From Octopus vulgaris (lineage: Eukaryota), in the NCBI GenBank assembly GCA_951406725.2, contig OX597828.1, forward strand, positions 57,784,001-57,848,000: a stretch of 64,000 nt of DNA, written 5' to 3'. Under the pieces are notes generated by a model. That model was not told where the DNA came from, made no database searches, and saw nothing but the letters and a program-made list of their open reading frames with translations. The stretch's first letter is position 1. Every line of letters starts with the position of its first letter. Below, in pieces: positions 49,696 through 63,900 of this stretch. Made by a program: the position numbers and the translations under genes.

Positions 49696-50716
49696 GAAGA
49701 ATACCCTGTTGTTGATGTTGAAATTCCAATGAAGGAGACATAGATCTATGTTAGAAAGCGGTTCTTTCTCTGTAAGAAATCTTGAAATAAAACTGAATAA
49801 TTATATACATGCATACATACATACACACATAAATACATGCATGCATGCATGTATACATACACGTTCGGTTTTGACGTGCGCATTCGTATCTATCCATAAA
49901 TATATATATCTGTGCAAATGCACACATTTTATCTTGTTTATTAACGTTTGCTCGAGTGAGCAGTGGAAGTGCTTCTTTATGTAAGCTTTGAAAGGCTTTC
50001 AATGAGAGCTTTTGGTTTAATTCTTTTTGGCAATGTCATGAAAAAAATTATGTTAAAAATGCGTTTTGTTCTACTTCACACTTTTCGTACTCTGTGTTGA
50101 TTTATCTTATTCAAATATGTTTTCAGTGTGTCTTCAGTTTTTCAATGGGACCATTGAACACCCGCTTTACTTACAAGTCATGGAGACTGCCAGTCAGGGT
50201 AAGTAAATATACTTCTTTCAAATAACTTCGAGAACGTTATCGATATGTGTGTGTGTTTGTGTGTGTTTGTGTGTGTGTGTGTTTGTGTGTGTATGTGTGT
50301 GTGTGTATTATTTATCTCAAAAATGGTTTTAGAAAACGTCTTGGCACTGTAACAATATTTGAAGGTTTTCTTAAATAACAAATATGGATGATAAAGAAAC
50401 TCTTACAAAACAGACTGAAGAAATTATTTTTGGAAAAAAATATACGTATTGAGTTAACGCTTTCGACGTTTACAGGTTTTAAACATGTATTTGGGGGTAA
50501 TCTGTATACAGGAATTTATTTTTAGATGCAGTTTTGACTACTTCGAGTTCAGTTTCGGAATTAGCGTCCTTATAAAGTAATCTTCCATTGCCTTTTGAGC
50601 GTTTCTAAGAGATGAATCTTTGATTTGTAGCTTATATGCCCTAAATAAATGTGTTGACTTTGATCCTATTTGGCTGATATTAGTCTTATTACATCGTCCC
50701 TAATCATTTGATATAC

Positions 50717-50766
<50 letters not shown>

Positions 50767-50770
<4 letters not shown>

Positions 50771-50925
50771 AGAGTTTACGAAAAAGACAAAAGACGAAGA
50801 CAAGTGGTGTACAAAACAAACAGATGTATTAGTATAACGCTCAGGAATAGAAAAAGTCTTTTAAGTTTCGAGCCTACGCTCTTCTACAGAAAGGGACACA
50901 GAAAAAAACAAGGAGAGAAAAAATA
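50767..50925 (-). mobile_element. Second copy of the 39624-39790 Penelope-type end, with HHR variant (50858-50893)
   Basis: Near-identical sequence, again directly after (TA)n. Confidence 0.65.
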
Positions 50926-51529
50926 TATCCCATATATTTAACACATAAACATCACATGTATGTCACATCATTGGATAAGTAAATGCACACATTACATAAT
51001 GGACATGATATTTATTTTACAATTTTGTGTTGTAAGTGAGGTATGACTCTTGAACAGCATAACGTGTTTTGTTTTTAAATAATGTACATATAATATAGGA
51101 AATCGCATAATAAAATCAAAAACGTAAGTAATACAATTTTCAGGCGTACATGTTGATGCAATTATATGTTTTTGTGCGTATGTCTGCCGTTTGTGTGTGT
51201 GTATAAGCGTCCTCCTTGATGTATGTGTATGTATTTTTGTAGAATACAGATTTCAGAACGTTACGTCACACAAAACAAACTTTCTCGAATATCAGTGAAT
51301 TTCTTGTGTATACAGAAATGATACCTTATTTCTCGAAGAAAGCGGAAATAGATTTAAAAAACAAGATAAAACGATAAAATTCCATTCGTTGTTTGTATAG
51401 AGTTCTAAACTTCTCTGGATGTGCTTAGCCTATTTTTTGACTAATGGAAGCAGATATGAAGACACATACTCCAGTAAAAATTACCCTCAAAGCTAATCAA
51501 GATGACATTATGATATCTTAATTGTTATA

Positions 51530-51692
51530 TTGGTTTCAAATTTTGGCACAAGGACAGCAATTTCGGGAGAGGTGGGGGTAAACCTATTACATCGACCGAG
51601 GTATACAACTGGTGCTTATTTTATGGATCCCGAAAGTATGAAAGGCAAATTCGACTCTAACGGAGTCTAATCTCAGAACGTAAAGACGGACG
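51530..51692 (-). mobile_element. SINE family A, diverged
   Basis: CCCGAAAGTATGAAAGGCAAATTCGAC motif. Confidence 0.65.
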
Positions 51693-54569
51693 TTTCTGCA
51701 TTGTCATACTGAAAGGAAGATAGAGAAATTATTTCCTTGCCGAATAAATTTCCTCGGGTAGTTTCATTCGATTTAACTTTAACAGCAAATTATTTGTGGA
51801 TCTAAATTCATAGGGTTGTTGTCGTTGTTGTTGTTGTTGAACTGGTGAGCTTTGAACATGCAGACTTGTGATGAAAGACATCCGAACAGAAATAATCTCG
51901 TATTTTTGTCCACGATTACTGGAGTTTTGGATACTATTTCTCTGAGTAGAATCTCCGAAAGTGTCTTCTACCATTGGGTTTCTCCAAGAATTGTTGGTGA
52001 AACTGGGTCGGTGTAGACTGTGTGGGAGTCCGTCCGATAGATTGTATCTCAGATTCAAAGGGTTAGCCTGTGTCACGCAAATTTTGCCCAAGTTTTACGT
52101 TAAGGTTACACGTGTTGATCTAATAGCCACATATACTATAATTTAATGCGTGGATAGTTCTGAATATGACTTTATGCCCTGGTTATGACTTTAAACTACT
52201 TCCGATAGTGGGGCTCTGGGTCAGGTGATCCGAGGTTTTCAGGAGATTTAAACCACCTTTCAGCTACTGTTGTTCTCAGATCTAGTCTGACCCAGTTAGT
52301 ACCTCTTGTCACCATCCCAGTTGTGTGTTCATTTGCATATCATGGTATTGCCTTTGGAAGAATGTCGCTTACAGACATCCCAACGGACCCAGGACAGGCG
52401 AGTTCCTTCAGCTTTTTAGCAGCTCACATAAAACAAGGTAACTCTGAGCAAGTTGTGCAGCCTAATAATTACTGGGCTTGTGATATTTGTTGCACTGGAT
52501 CACTGCTAATTTCAAGAACGAGAAAGTGGAACTGGCTCTGCAAATGCATGTTGGCTATTTATCGTATAGTTTGCTCACCAGTCCAAGATAGCAGCATCAA
52601 CATCATACTTTCTTCATGAGTCCAGTGGTGATTGGAAAAGAAACGAAGGAGCAGTAAGAGAATGCCAGTGGAAGAGCTTCAGGTTTGACCCTGACGACAC
52701 AGCAGAGTATTGAACTAAAAACACTGTGCGATTGTATCTTACAAAAGACTCATTCGTCGAAGCGACGAAAGAGACCACAAGCTGGTAGTTCAATAGATTA
52801 AACAACTTGTATGCTCGTCTTCATAACTGACGCAAGATTTATTTTTATTAAGATAATCATTATCGTAGATACTTTAATTCTTTAACATGCATATAAACAA
52901 ATAATTTTTGTAAACACTATATTTTTAGCCGTAAGGAATATCCGACCCATGTTAACCGATATAATAGATGTAGACATGCAAAATATCATTCAGCGAGATT
53001 CGTGCAATTTTCTGTTTTTACAAAATACAATTTTTCATTTATCAAATACGTAAGGATAAAACAGTAAGAGTAATAAACAACACAGTTACAATAAAAGATC
53101 AATGCAAAAAAAACGAAAACTAAAGATATGTTTCATATTAATAAATATACAGAGCAAAAATGATTTATGATACGTGATATGGAATGATACATTCAAAATT
53201 GTATACAATAAATATATCAGAACGGATATAATATTCTATGAAGAAATACACCACAGGAATTGTGAAATATAATTCAGCAACAATGTACAAAGCTCTATAA
53301 ATTATATTGGTCCACACACTATGGCATTGTGATTATTTAACCCCAGGTCAGTAATGTTCTATCTGAACTATGAGGAAAGGCGTTCCAAGTCTTTTATTTT
53401 GCGTTTCTAAAACTACACTATTCAATGTGTACTAGATCTTTCAAGTGTGTATGACATGAAGGCGTGGGGAAGGGGCAGAGATATAGCTGTTGTTTCTAGC
53501 AGGTCAAGCGACTACGAAGATTCTCCATCGAAATACATCTATCTTTGTTTATCACAGGTACTTGGTTCTCCACACAACCAAAAAAGATGAAAAAAAAAAT
53601 ACACAAGCATTAAAGGAATGATGGAACATACAGGAAAAATATCTTTCTGAGACCCCAAGTTCTCCCGGGCATTTTAAATGGTCACTGGAGCTCGCTTTTA
53701 CGATCCAAGCAGATTATTTGAGTGATTACTGATCCCTAAAATCAGACAACAATTCGTGATGCGCATAACACGGTTCACAAAAGGAGTACTATGTTGTCCC
53801 AGATCCGTGATTGCTGAATCAGTGATAAATGATGATGGATCTGGTATTGATAAAGCCAGTAACTCACTGTGTCATGCAAATGACGATAGTCTTCAATGTT
53901 GTGCAAAGGACGTCATCTAAATCAATGACCGCGCGGTTCAGGGAGAGAATATTGAAGAAGCATAAAACGGAAAACAATGCCAATATGAAGTGACTGATGG
54001 TTGCTTGTAAATTAATAACTACAATCCAGAGGAGGAAGCCGTCGGCAGTTATTTTCCATGGCTTCATTATTTCTTAGCGCAGATATTTGATGCAACTGAT
54101 AAACAAGATTTCCAACAATATTCACAGCTGGCAAGAGATATGCATCCTACACACCGTTGACAATGAGTGTTAATAATATTTGGTTTTCTTAACAATTCCA
54201 ATTTAAATATCTATTCGATTCGTTACTCAGTCATTTCACACCAGCCTTTTGAATATTTATCTGCAAAGAGTCATGCAGTGTTAGGATGAAACAGAGACAA
54301 AGGGTTGGAAATTAACTCTCTTTAAGTTATAACAAATGGAAACTGTTATGAAGCCACTGATTAACACGAATTAATTCTTTGTGAACGATAAATTTTAGGC
54401 GCTGTTGTTGTTGCTGCTGTTTATCCCAGTTCAGCATTGAGTGGTCATAGTAAAGACTAATCTGGCTCTCGGATTATCTCGGATTATACCATGGTACCTT
54501 CTTTAAGATGGTACATTGTGGTTTCAAAGGCATTTGATTAGTTCTAGTAGGTCACATGACTATATAGGG

Positions 54570-54766
54570 CAGTGGTTCCCAAACCTTTTAGAGTCGCGAC
54601 CCACTATTTATCACACCAGTTTATGACGACCCACTTAACTCTACTGAGTATCTCGATAGACAGCAGTTAATCAAAGCTAATGCGTAATTTTATAACTTTT
54701 TGCGACCCACTAAGATTCCGTTCGCCACCCATCTGCGGGTCGCGACTCATTGTTTGGGAACCACTG
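54570..54766. mobile_element. hAT (Charlie-like) MITE
   Basis: TIRs CAGTGGTTCCCAAAC / GTTTGGGAACCACTG; perfect 8-bp TSD ATATAGGG. Confidence 0.92.
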
Positions 54767-56076
54767 ATATAGGGGATTCCACCTTAAATTACAAATCTTT
54801 TTAATCAATCTTACCAAGGCCACCATCGGTCAGTTGTTTCAGTATGGTAAACGGTGTTCTTCTCCGAAATGACAGGAAACGACAGACAATATTTAGCTGC
54901 ATTCATAAGGTAAACGATACTTTCGAATGGATTGCAAAGTTGAATACCTTGATAATATTCAAACATAATATCTGAGATTCTGTCTGAGCGTATTTTATAA
55001 ACACTACAATGTATAACTAGTGTTCGATGATGTTTTGCCTTTGGCAACAATTGTTATCTGCTGCAGAACCAGCTTTTATTAAACTCCAATACTTGTGAGG
55101 TAGATTATATTTCATACAATGTCATTTCCTAAATTTGACAACGTATTGAGAGGAAAGGTGAAATCACCTGTGCTTTAAAATACATCAGTGAAACGTGACT
55201 TAATCTATTCATATATTAGTTCAATGTTCGTTGATGTGAGTGTCGGCAGTAGACTTTGAACATTTTCTACGTTTATAAATATATCCGTTCAGGATATATC
55301 CTGAACATCCAGGATTATATGAAACAAACTCTACCGGAAATCAACCGAAATACTGACAACCTACAAACAAATAATATATTTTACAAAAAAAAAAGAACAT
55401 TGCTTGACATTTGAGATTCAGAACTAAGACACAAAAACAAGTAAGTTAAGTTTAATACAACACAACAAGACATAATGACCAACACATACGAAAGTATTCA
55501 CTTTACTAATTCTACGTAAGTAAATGACTAGAGCACACTTGTTTGTTACAATTTTATAATGAAATCTTACTTATGAATGTCTATTCTATAAATTTTATAG
55601 AAATTGATAAATACACGTATATGGCTTTAAGCTTAAAGTAAAATATTTGCCAAACATACGTTTGTCATATATTGACCCCCCTAAAAAATGCCCACGTAGT
55701 CGCATGACCTGTGAGAAATAGCAGAAAAACCACCTCCCTCAAATCATGTCTTAGTATTATTAAATAGGAAGTATAATGTAGTCTCAGGTATCCTGGAAAA
55801 TAAAATCAGGTCTGACCTGAGAATAAGCAACAACCTTCGTCATATTTATTTCACATGAAAATGTTCTTATAAAAGTTTGTCATGAAATGCATATTTATTT
55901 GCACAAACTTTCTTCCTTATGTATATTTAATGGCCTTTCCAACATACATACATACATACATACATACAGGCATACAAATGCACACTTAAGCATAAATATC
56001 CATGTGCGTGTGCGTGTGTGTGTGTGTGCATTTGTGTGTGTGCGTGTGTGCATTTGTGTGTGTGTGTGTGTGTGCA

Positions 56077-56107
<31 letters not shown>

Positions 56108-57767
56108 ATTTGTGTGTGTGTGTGTGTGTGTGTGCGCGTGTAACGTGTTTTATAATGCAAGTTCACTCAGTTTTGCATACAAGTATCAGCACACATATGT
56201 AGCACATATGTTCATGCTCAAGCATATAGAATACAGCATCTGCGAAGGAGATCTGTTTTATATTATTTTTATCTTTTCCCTCTCTTTTCAAATGATGACG
56301 CCTTCTGTTCTCTACTACAAACAACGAACCAGGAACGCTGGTGCATTCATAAAGCAGAACTATAGGCTTGACATGATAATCTTTCAGAAATGTCTTTTGT
56401 TGTATACGTATTTATTGTATCGAAATGTATTCTGCGTTTATTAAATCTAAGTTGAGAAAATTCTATTGATATCTGTTCATTTGAAAATATTCTCATGAGA
56501 TCCAAACTTCTCTACTTGAGAAATGACCTTGACATTTGCATCAACCAGCCCTCAGGTTGTTCTGAAAATAAAAATAACAGGCGTTTAGCATTATATTCTA
56601 AAAATACTCTAAGGAAAAGTATAAATCAAAATGATAATCTTTAATCAGTACTTTCTTTAGTTCTAAATTTAGATTTATCTTGATATAATTCTGTTGTATG
56701 TTTTCCCCCTTAACTTAATGTTTTAAGTATGTAAAATGGAGAGATGCAAGAAAACCTCTCCTAAATTTCGCCTTAGATTTCTTGATTCGTCCTAGTTCAA
56801 AATTTTACAGCACTCGTATTTACCACTTATAGGTTTGTTCTTAGTTCAAATCACGCCCAGGTCATCTTTGCATCCTCTCAGGGTCGATAACCTAGTGAAG
56901 TACAGGGTTCTATACTATCAACTTACTCTCTCCCCTCAAAACTGCTCGCCTAAATTAAATTCCAATGTATATTTTTCGTTATAATATATTTACGTAAAAG
57001 TTTATATTATTATTGGTAGAAAAATATTTAAAAAGAGTAAATTATATCAGAATGATGTCTACATCTATCTTTCAATAAAATGCATTAAATGAAAGCATAA
57101 TATTCAGACAACGAAGGCAAGAAGGAATCATAGATCTTTTTCTTTTATTTCTTTTACATTTGCACATTTTTACTGATTCAAAATCAACAACTTGCAACGA
57201 TAGAACTATTATTAACAATATCGTTATTAATGTAAGTATAACCTGCGATAGGACCGACTTAACACCTTCCCTTAAAAATATCAGTCTTGTGTCTGAATCG
57301 GAAACCGACTGTATTGTTATAACTTGTACGACAGTATTAATATTACTATTTTTTAAAATTAAGAATGCTAACACTATTTAGATACTTCGTTCTTGTATCC
57401 GGTTTGCAAGGTTTTTTATGTGAATTCGTGTGTTGAAGCAAATTTTGTTGTGCCTGGAGACAGTCATACTGTCATAATATCTAACACACTCACTGGTTCA
57501 ATTTCCCCGCATTTATTAGTTATATTTTTTCTTTCCAAAATTTTCGTTGCTTTTACAATCTTATCAATGGATAAGACACAACAAAATTATTTAGATACTA
57601 CAGAAGAAATACTTCAGGTGTTATCGTCTTTCGAGTCACAAATACAATTTTTCGAAGATTTCTGTGTATGTTCGAAAGTGTAAATCGAGACAGTTGTTTC
57701 CTTTATATTTCTTCAAAACCATTAAAAGTGAAATATATTTAGAGTCATTCCTATTTCGTTATATACT

Positions 57768-58155
57768 CTTTTACTTGTTTCTGTTATTTGACTGTTTCCA
57801 TGCTCGAGCACCGCCTTTAGTCGAGCAAATCGACCCCAGGCCTTATTCTTTGTAAGCCTAGTACTTAATCTATTGGTCTCTTTTGCCGAACCGCTAAGTT
57901 ACGGGCCGTAAACACACCAGTATCGGTTGTCAAGTGATGTTGGGGCGGGGACAAACACAGACACACAAACATATACACACACACATACATATATACGACG
58001 GGCTTCTTTCAGTTGCCGTCTACCAAATCCACTCAGAAGGCTTTGGTCGGCCCGAGGCTATAATAGAAGACACTTGTCCAAGGTGCTACGCAGTGGGACT
58101 GAACCCAGAACCATGTGGCTGGTAAGCAAGCTACTTACCCCACAGCCACTCCTGC
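57768..58155 (-). mobile_element. SINE family B, full length
   Basis: Family B sequence. Confidence 0.88.
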
Positions 58156-58837
58156 ACTTGGGTATTTTTGTAGTAGACACAAACCCTGAGGACTCAAAAT
58201 AAAGCCTATTTAGATAAATTGAGAATGGAAAAACTCTGAATCTTACCTTGCGTTAAGTACAAATATTTGGGGCGGTATCAACAGTGTTTGTTGTACATTA
58301 ATAAACAATAAGAAAGAATACTGTGTGTTCCTGTCATTACTGCTTAACCCCAAGTCAATCCTGATCCAACAGCTCTATAATAATTTCTAATTTAGACACA
58401 ACCCGAGTAGTTTTGAGGGGAATGGGTTAGTCATTACTATTGTCATCAGTTCTTGATTTGGACTTTATCTTTATCGGATCTGACAGGATGAAAAGCAAAG
58501 ATGATCTGAGCGAAATTTGAACACGGAACGTGAAAAAATATTACATCCATGATTATTCCTATCTGGGTATCCTGATAAAACATCAATATGCAACGCCAAT
58601 AACCTACAGGTTAACCAGGCCAGGTATGAGACATTATATTGTACACATAATTACAGTACATCGTACCAATGTGAAGTGATGGAATAAGCAAACACTAGGA
58701 ATAACTGGAACCAAAAGGAAACCCCTGTGTAGTCACTTCACCTGCAACAATTTCCACATTCCTCGCCGACACGGAATACGTAGATCTTGTAGTAATCGAA
58801 AATGGGCACGATTCCAAGACAAGAGGGAACCAAAGCT

Positions 58838-59008
58838 GCCCGATGTGACTCTTTCGCCACAACTTTCTCTCACTCTTTCCTTCTGCATCTTGCAGCTTAT
58901 CTGCGACGGACCGGCGTCCTGTCCAGGTGGGGAACCGATATGCCAAGAAACCAGGAAACCGGCCCTTATGAGCCAGACATGACTCGAGAAGGAACAAACA
59001 AACAAAAA
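58838..59008 (+). mobile_element. 3' half of a SINE with a V-domain-like segment
   Basis: TCTTTCGCCACAACTTTCTCTCACTCTT shared with family C, then GGACCGGCGTCCTGTCCAGGTGGGG and an (AAAC)n tail. Confidence 0.65.
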
Positions 59009-59578
59009 ATAGTACTCGCAACATCCTCCGTTTCCACGCTGATGCTCTTGCTACCAAGGTTGCAACACTATTGTTATCGCCATCATAGACGCTAGCGACA
59101 TTCTTTGCGGTGGCTTCTTTTCCTTTTGCTCTCCAATGTTTTCTCCTCTCCTACGTCCTCCATTTCTTAAATTATCCTCATCGAAAAATATCTCATGTAT
59201 AAAAAAAATAAGACAAATGACCATTCAAAGATGCTAATTTCAAAACCAGCTATTTTCTAAATCGATTACGTGGGAGGGGAGGCCAGAAAGGATGAGGATG
59301 TAACTTCAGTATTGTCATTTACATTATATTAAGGGAAAATCTTTTAATTTTCCAGCCAGTCAGGGCAACATATAATTACATGATTGTTAAATAAACGATT
59401 CATTGGTTGGCAGGCTAAACTCTTTTCACATACTAATAAGGTATCATCCCCGCAGAAATGGAAGACAATCACCTGTTCATTAAAAGTAATTAAATCATGT
59501 AATCTGGGTTAAACACAAAGGTTTGTGTTCCGGCTGTTATGACTTTTCAGATACCGTTTGCACCACATATTGTATTAC

Positions 59579-59678
59579 NNNNNNNNNNNNNNNNNNNNNN
59601 NNNNNNNNNNNNNNNNNNNNNNNNNNNNNNNNNNNNNNNNNNNNNNNNNNNNNNNNNNNNNNNNNNNNNNNNNNNNNN
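59579..59678. other. Assembly gap (100 N)
   Basis: Run of N. Confidence 1.
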
Positions 59679-62440
59679 GCTTTTGTTGTGATGGAGTCGC
59701 ACAAGTTCGATCCCGGACGGCAGAGTTGATTGAGAGCAACGCGACACTCGCGGTGCCATTCGCCTAGCCTCGGTCTCTGCTTGATCCATGACTGTAGTTC
59801 GTCCAAGGAGACGAGCTGCGGGAAAGCGCGCCGCACAAAAGGCGATCACACCTGTTCACCGTTGTCTATGAAGCGCCGGAGATGTGGCAGTCTCAGCGCA
59901 TGTCTGCGCATCATCAACCACGGCATGCCCAGCCCTCCATTTAGCGGGTGTTGACAGCAAATGGATCGCCTAACCATCGGAACGTTTCCCTTCCACAAGA
60001 AGCGGAAGAGTATACGTTCCAGTTTGGTGATGGTAGGGTCGGGACAAGGCACGACGGTCAGACGATACTCGATGACGGATGCGATGTACGCGTTCGCCAC
60101 CTCCGCCCGACCTTTTAGGGATAGCTTTCTCTCAGCCCATTTCTGGGTGAGAGTAGCCACCCTAGTCGTTATCTCGCCCCAGTTCTTCTCCATTTGGAGG
60201 TCCGGACCGAACCAGACCCCGAGCAATTTAACCGGTCCGTCCGTCCAGCGTCCCACTATGGAGACGCTGTTGGACGGCATGGGCTTGCTTCTCCAGGTGC
60301 CGAGCCGCAAGCTCACTGACTTTTCCCGGTTAATTTTTGCTCCCGTTACCGCTTCGTATTCTTTTAGTGTCTCGCCGACCAGTTCGATGTGCTCGTAGCT
60401 CGACACTATGACGGTGACGTCATCCGCGTATGCAGACACGCTCCTCCCGCATCCCAGCTCTCGTGGGATGCCCCTCAGCGTCGCCAGTTTCCGCAGTAGT
60501 GGCTCAAGAGTCAGTACATACAGCAGCGATGAGAGGGGGCATCCCTGACGAACCGAACGCATGATGTTAAAAGGTCTGGATAGATGACCATTTACGCGAA
60601 CTACTGAGCGGATGCCGCTGTATAAGGCAGCGATCCAACCGCGGAAAACTGGACCGAAACCAGCCGCTTTAAGGACAGCCTCCAAGTAGTGATGGTCTAC
60701 CCTATCGAAGGTTTTTGATTGATCCAAATTGATCAGCGCCCCACCCATGCCAGGATTCTTAACTACCCTGTCTATGATGTAGCGCATCAGATGGAGGTTG
60801 TCATGAATACTTCTACCCGGCACGGCGCATGTTTGCGCCTTGTCGATTAGTTTCTTGATGACAAGCGCCAACCTCTCGGCTAACACCTTGGCCAAAATTT
60901 TCAAATCTGCGTTGAGCAGAGTGATGGGCCTGAAATTATCTATGACGTCCCCCTTGTTTGGGTCTTTCTTAATCAGTGCCACTGCTCCTCGCTTTACAAA
61001 AGCAGGAATACTCCCGTTTTGCTGCCAATTGCAGTAGACAGCTGCCAAGACGCCTCCAAACAAGTCTGGCATATGAAAATAAAGTTCGTAGGGCAGACCA
61101 TCCAAGCCTGGTGACTTGTCTCTCGCGCAGCCTACCATCGCATCCTGTACGTCCGCAGCTGTGATAGGCCTTTCACAAGACTCCACTTCTCTTGCTGAGA
61201 GTCGTGGCAAGGCATGCAGGTAGGCACTAAAGTCCACTCTGCGTTCTGACTCACCACTTGTCCCAAACAGTTGGGTGAAGTGTTGTTGAAAAGCCCCACA
61301 CATCCTTTTAGGCTCGAGCAATTCGCGCCCCTGTTCATCTATAAGAGACTTGATGGTGGCTCTGTTGCCTCGTTGCGTCTCCACCACTCGGGCCTCTTGG
61401 GCGGCTCCAACTCCTTCGTTCCTCAGAGCACGCATCCTGGCTCTGACAACGCATCCCTCGTGTTTGGCGTTGAGGTGTTGGTCGAGGGCCAATCTCGCCG
61501 CCAGCACGTTGGACGCGATGCCAGTTCTAAGTGCCTCTTCTAAAACCTTAACTAATTCTCCCTCTATTCTATTTCGGTCTAATGCTAGGGCTCTACTGTA
61601 TCTGACTGATTCTGCTTTAATTGCTTTTTTAGGGCATACCACCATCTGTTGTTGATGATGGTACCCGTCAAAGCTCTCTTAACTAATGTGCTGATCCGGT
61701 CCCTGTAAACCTGTCGTGCTGTAAAAGACGCGTTCAGTTTCCAGTAACCAGGACCCTGCCTATGTGTCTTATCTAAGTCAAGTGTACAAGTCACAAACTT
61801 GTGATCTGTGTAACTGACTATATGAAATTGTGGACAACCTACACTATTTTTATCTATTGTCCTACAGAATACTCTATCTAAGTATGATCTGGACGACCCG
61901 ATGCGGTTACTCCATGTCCACATTGGCACATTCGGGTGGTCCAGTCGGTACCTGTCAGACAGTTGGAAATGTCTGAGCAGGTCTTTGAGGCATTTGCATC
62001 CCCTTCTATTGCTATCTCTGCCCACGTAGTCTAGATGCGTGTCCAGGGTGGCATTCCAATCCCCCACTAAAAGTAAAGGACGAGACGTTCCCATGAAAGA
62101 CTCTAGACGTCGAAAGAAATCTGGTCGGCCTGTTAAGGACGGAGCATAAACTGCTATCAGTCGAAAAGCACACTCATTGCTGCCATCGACATCCAAAACG
62201 ACCAGCCTACCCTCCGGGTCTAGGAAATTTGCTCTTACTTTGAGATCCAGACTCTTCCGGATAAGCACCGCTTATGTTGAAATGTGTACCGAAAATGTGC
62301 TGGAGTGCCCGCAAGCTGTGGAGTCTGGTCTCACTGATGGCTATGATATTCAGATTTAGTGACTTGATGTCATTTAACAGGTAGCCTTGTTTCCAAGGCG
62401 ACCCCAAACCACGTACATTTATACTGCCTATTCTGAGCAT
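59679..62440 (-). pseudogene. Tx1-type ORF2 (APE endonuclease + RT), frameshifted
   Basis: GSINVRGL, IAISETR, VGDWNA, WTW, SYLDRVF, TDHKFV, GYWKLN; SPGLDGLPYELY, FRPITLLNADLKILAK, VRQGCPLS, AYADDV; frameshifts near 62270 and 61630. Confidence 0.92.
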
Positions 62441-62506
62441 GTTCCGATAAAATTGTGTTTTACACACGAAAAGAAAGTGCAAAAAAGGAAAGAGAGAGAG
62501 AAAAGG

Positions 62507-63900
62507 TTACTTGTTGTTCGAAAGTCCTTTGTCTTTCACGTCACGGTCTTCTTCTATGAGGCTTTTGTACAGTTTTTTTTATGAATACTTTTGAAATCTC
62601 CCTACTGCATCAGGGTAAAGAGATTCCAGGGTGCTGTATGTGTTCTGTGTTACGTGTATTATTTTAATGTGTTGTGGTGGTGTTGTGCGTGGGTGGTTAC
62701 TTGTTTTTATGTCGTTTTCAGTTATGTTGGTGTTTGACCTAATGTGTTCCATTAGGTCGTGGTTGTTTGTGTTTATGGCTGTCAACATTGCTGGGGGTTT
62801 GATGATGGTGTGTTTGTGTTGATGTGTTTGTTTTCTGTGGATGTTTTTGTTTCGGGAGTGGTGTATCTTCCTGCTTTGTTTGTTATTTTTTCTTTTCTTT
62901 TTTTCCCCTTTTTCTTCTCCCCACTCTGGCTATTTGCCAATCTTCTGTGTCTTCTTCGTCTAATGACAAATCAGACGAATCAGAGCATGGAAGAGGGAAA
63001 ATATTGGGGTCTATTGTAGACTGTGTTGATTTCGTTGTTGGTGTTGGTTGGTGAGCGTTTGGTTGTGGTGTATGCGGTTTTGGAGGTGGGGTGTGGGTAT
63101 TTTGTGTTTGAGTGATTGTAGGTATTGTTGTGTTGTTTGGGGTCTCAATTTTGTGGGAATTTGGAGTTGTAATTGTTTCTTCATTTTCACTGAGTGTCTT
63201 TTTGGCAGATGTCCTTGCTTTGGGAGTTGGTTTATTCTTGGTTGTTGTTGTTGGTGATGTTGCTTCTGTTCTTGGTGCTGCAGTTGGTGTGGTTGTTTGG
63301 TTGGTGAGTTTTGTTCCTGCAAAACGTGGTGTGGGTAGTAAACCTGGTTTATTTGTTTTTTTTCCGGCTGCTGTTGTTGTTGCTGTTGTTTTCATGCGGC
63401 AGATTTGCAGTCTTTTTTAGGTGTTGCTCACTGCCGCATATGTAGCAACGTGGTCTTCTGCCATCGGCGACCACATACAACTTGTGGTCTTCTGATACAC
63501 ATATCTGGGTGGGTATTTTTTTATGTCTTCTTGATTTACGTGTAGTAGAAATTCTACTTTTTTCCCACCCAGTTTTTGTGCTCCGTGACCGTGGTTTCCA
63601 AAATAGTGAAATTTTTCATTTTTACACATAAGGCCTTTACTAGCCATAGATTATTAGATATTTTGGGGACATTGTTTAAAGTGATCTTAGTCACTTTCTG
63701 TCCCCGATAGCTTGGTGTTAATGTAAGTTCATCTGAATGAAGAGTTAGCGTTGAGAAACGTCTTGCTAACTCTTCAGTGTGGAAAACCACTTTTATGTGG
63801 GCGAACTTGTTCCACCAGGTCACATAGTCTTTGTAGTTCCAGATGGGTTTCAAGCATTTTTCTATTTTGCTTGTGTTAGCCTTCTCTGAGCTTTTTGTTT
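62507..63900 (-). pseudogene. Tx1-type ORF1 (gag-like CX2CX4HX4C knuckle, Thr/Pro-rich tail), frameshifted
   Basis: GRRPRCYICGSEQHL near 63410-63467; T/P/N-rich low-complexity region. Confidence 0.75.

Noticed and set aside
49077-49715. 212 aa ORF
   Set aside because: A decayed RLE LINE fragment reading through into (CATA)n; not a gene
51860-52800. Possible decayed LINE 5' or endonuclease region
   Set aside because: Too degenerate to assign by eye
57072-57374. 100 aa minus-strand ORF with a hydrophobic stretch and basic tail
   Set aside because: No convincing start, splice context or recognisable domain in AT-rich DNA
59523-59849. ORFs spanning the N gap
   Set aside because: Artefacts of the assembly gap
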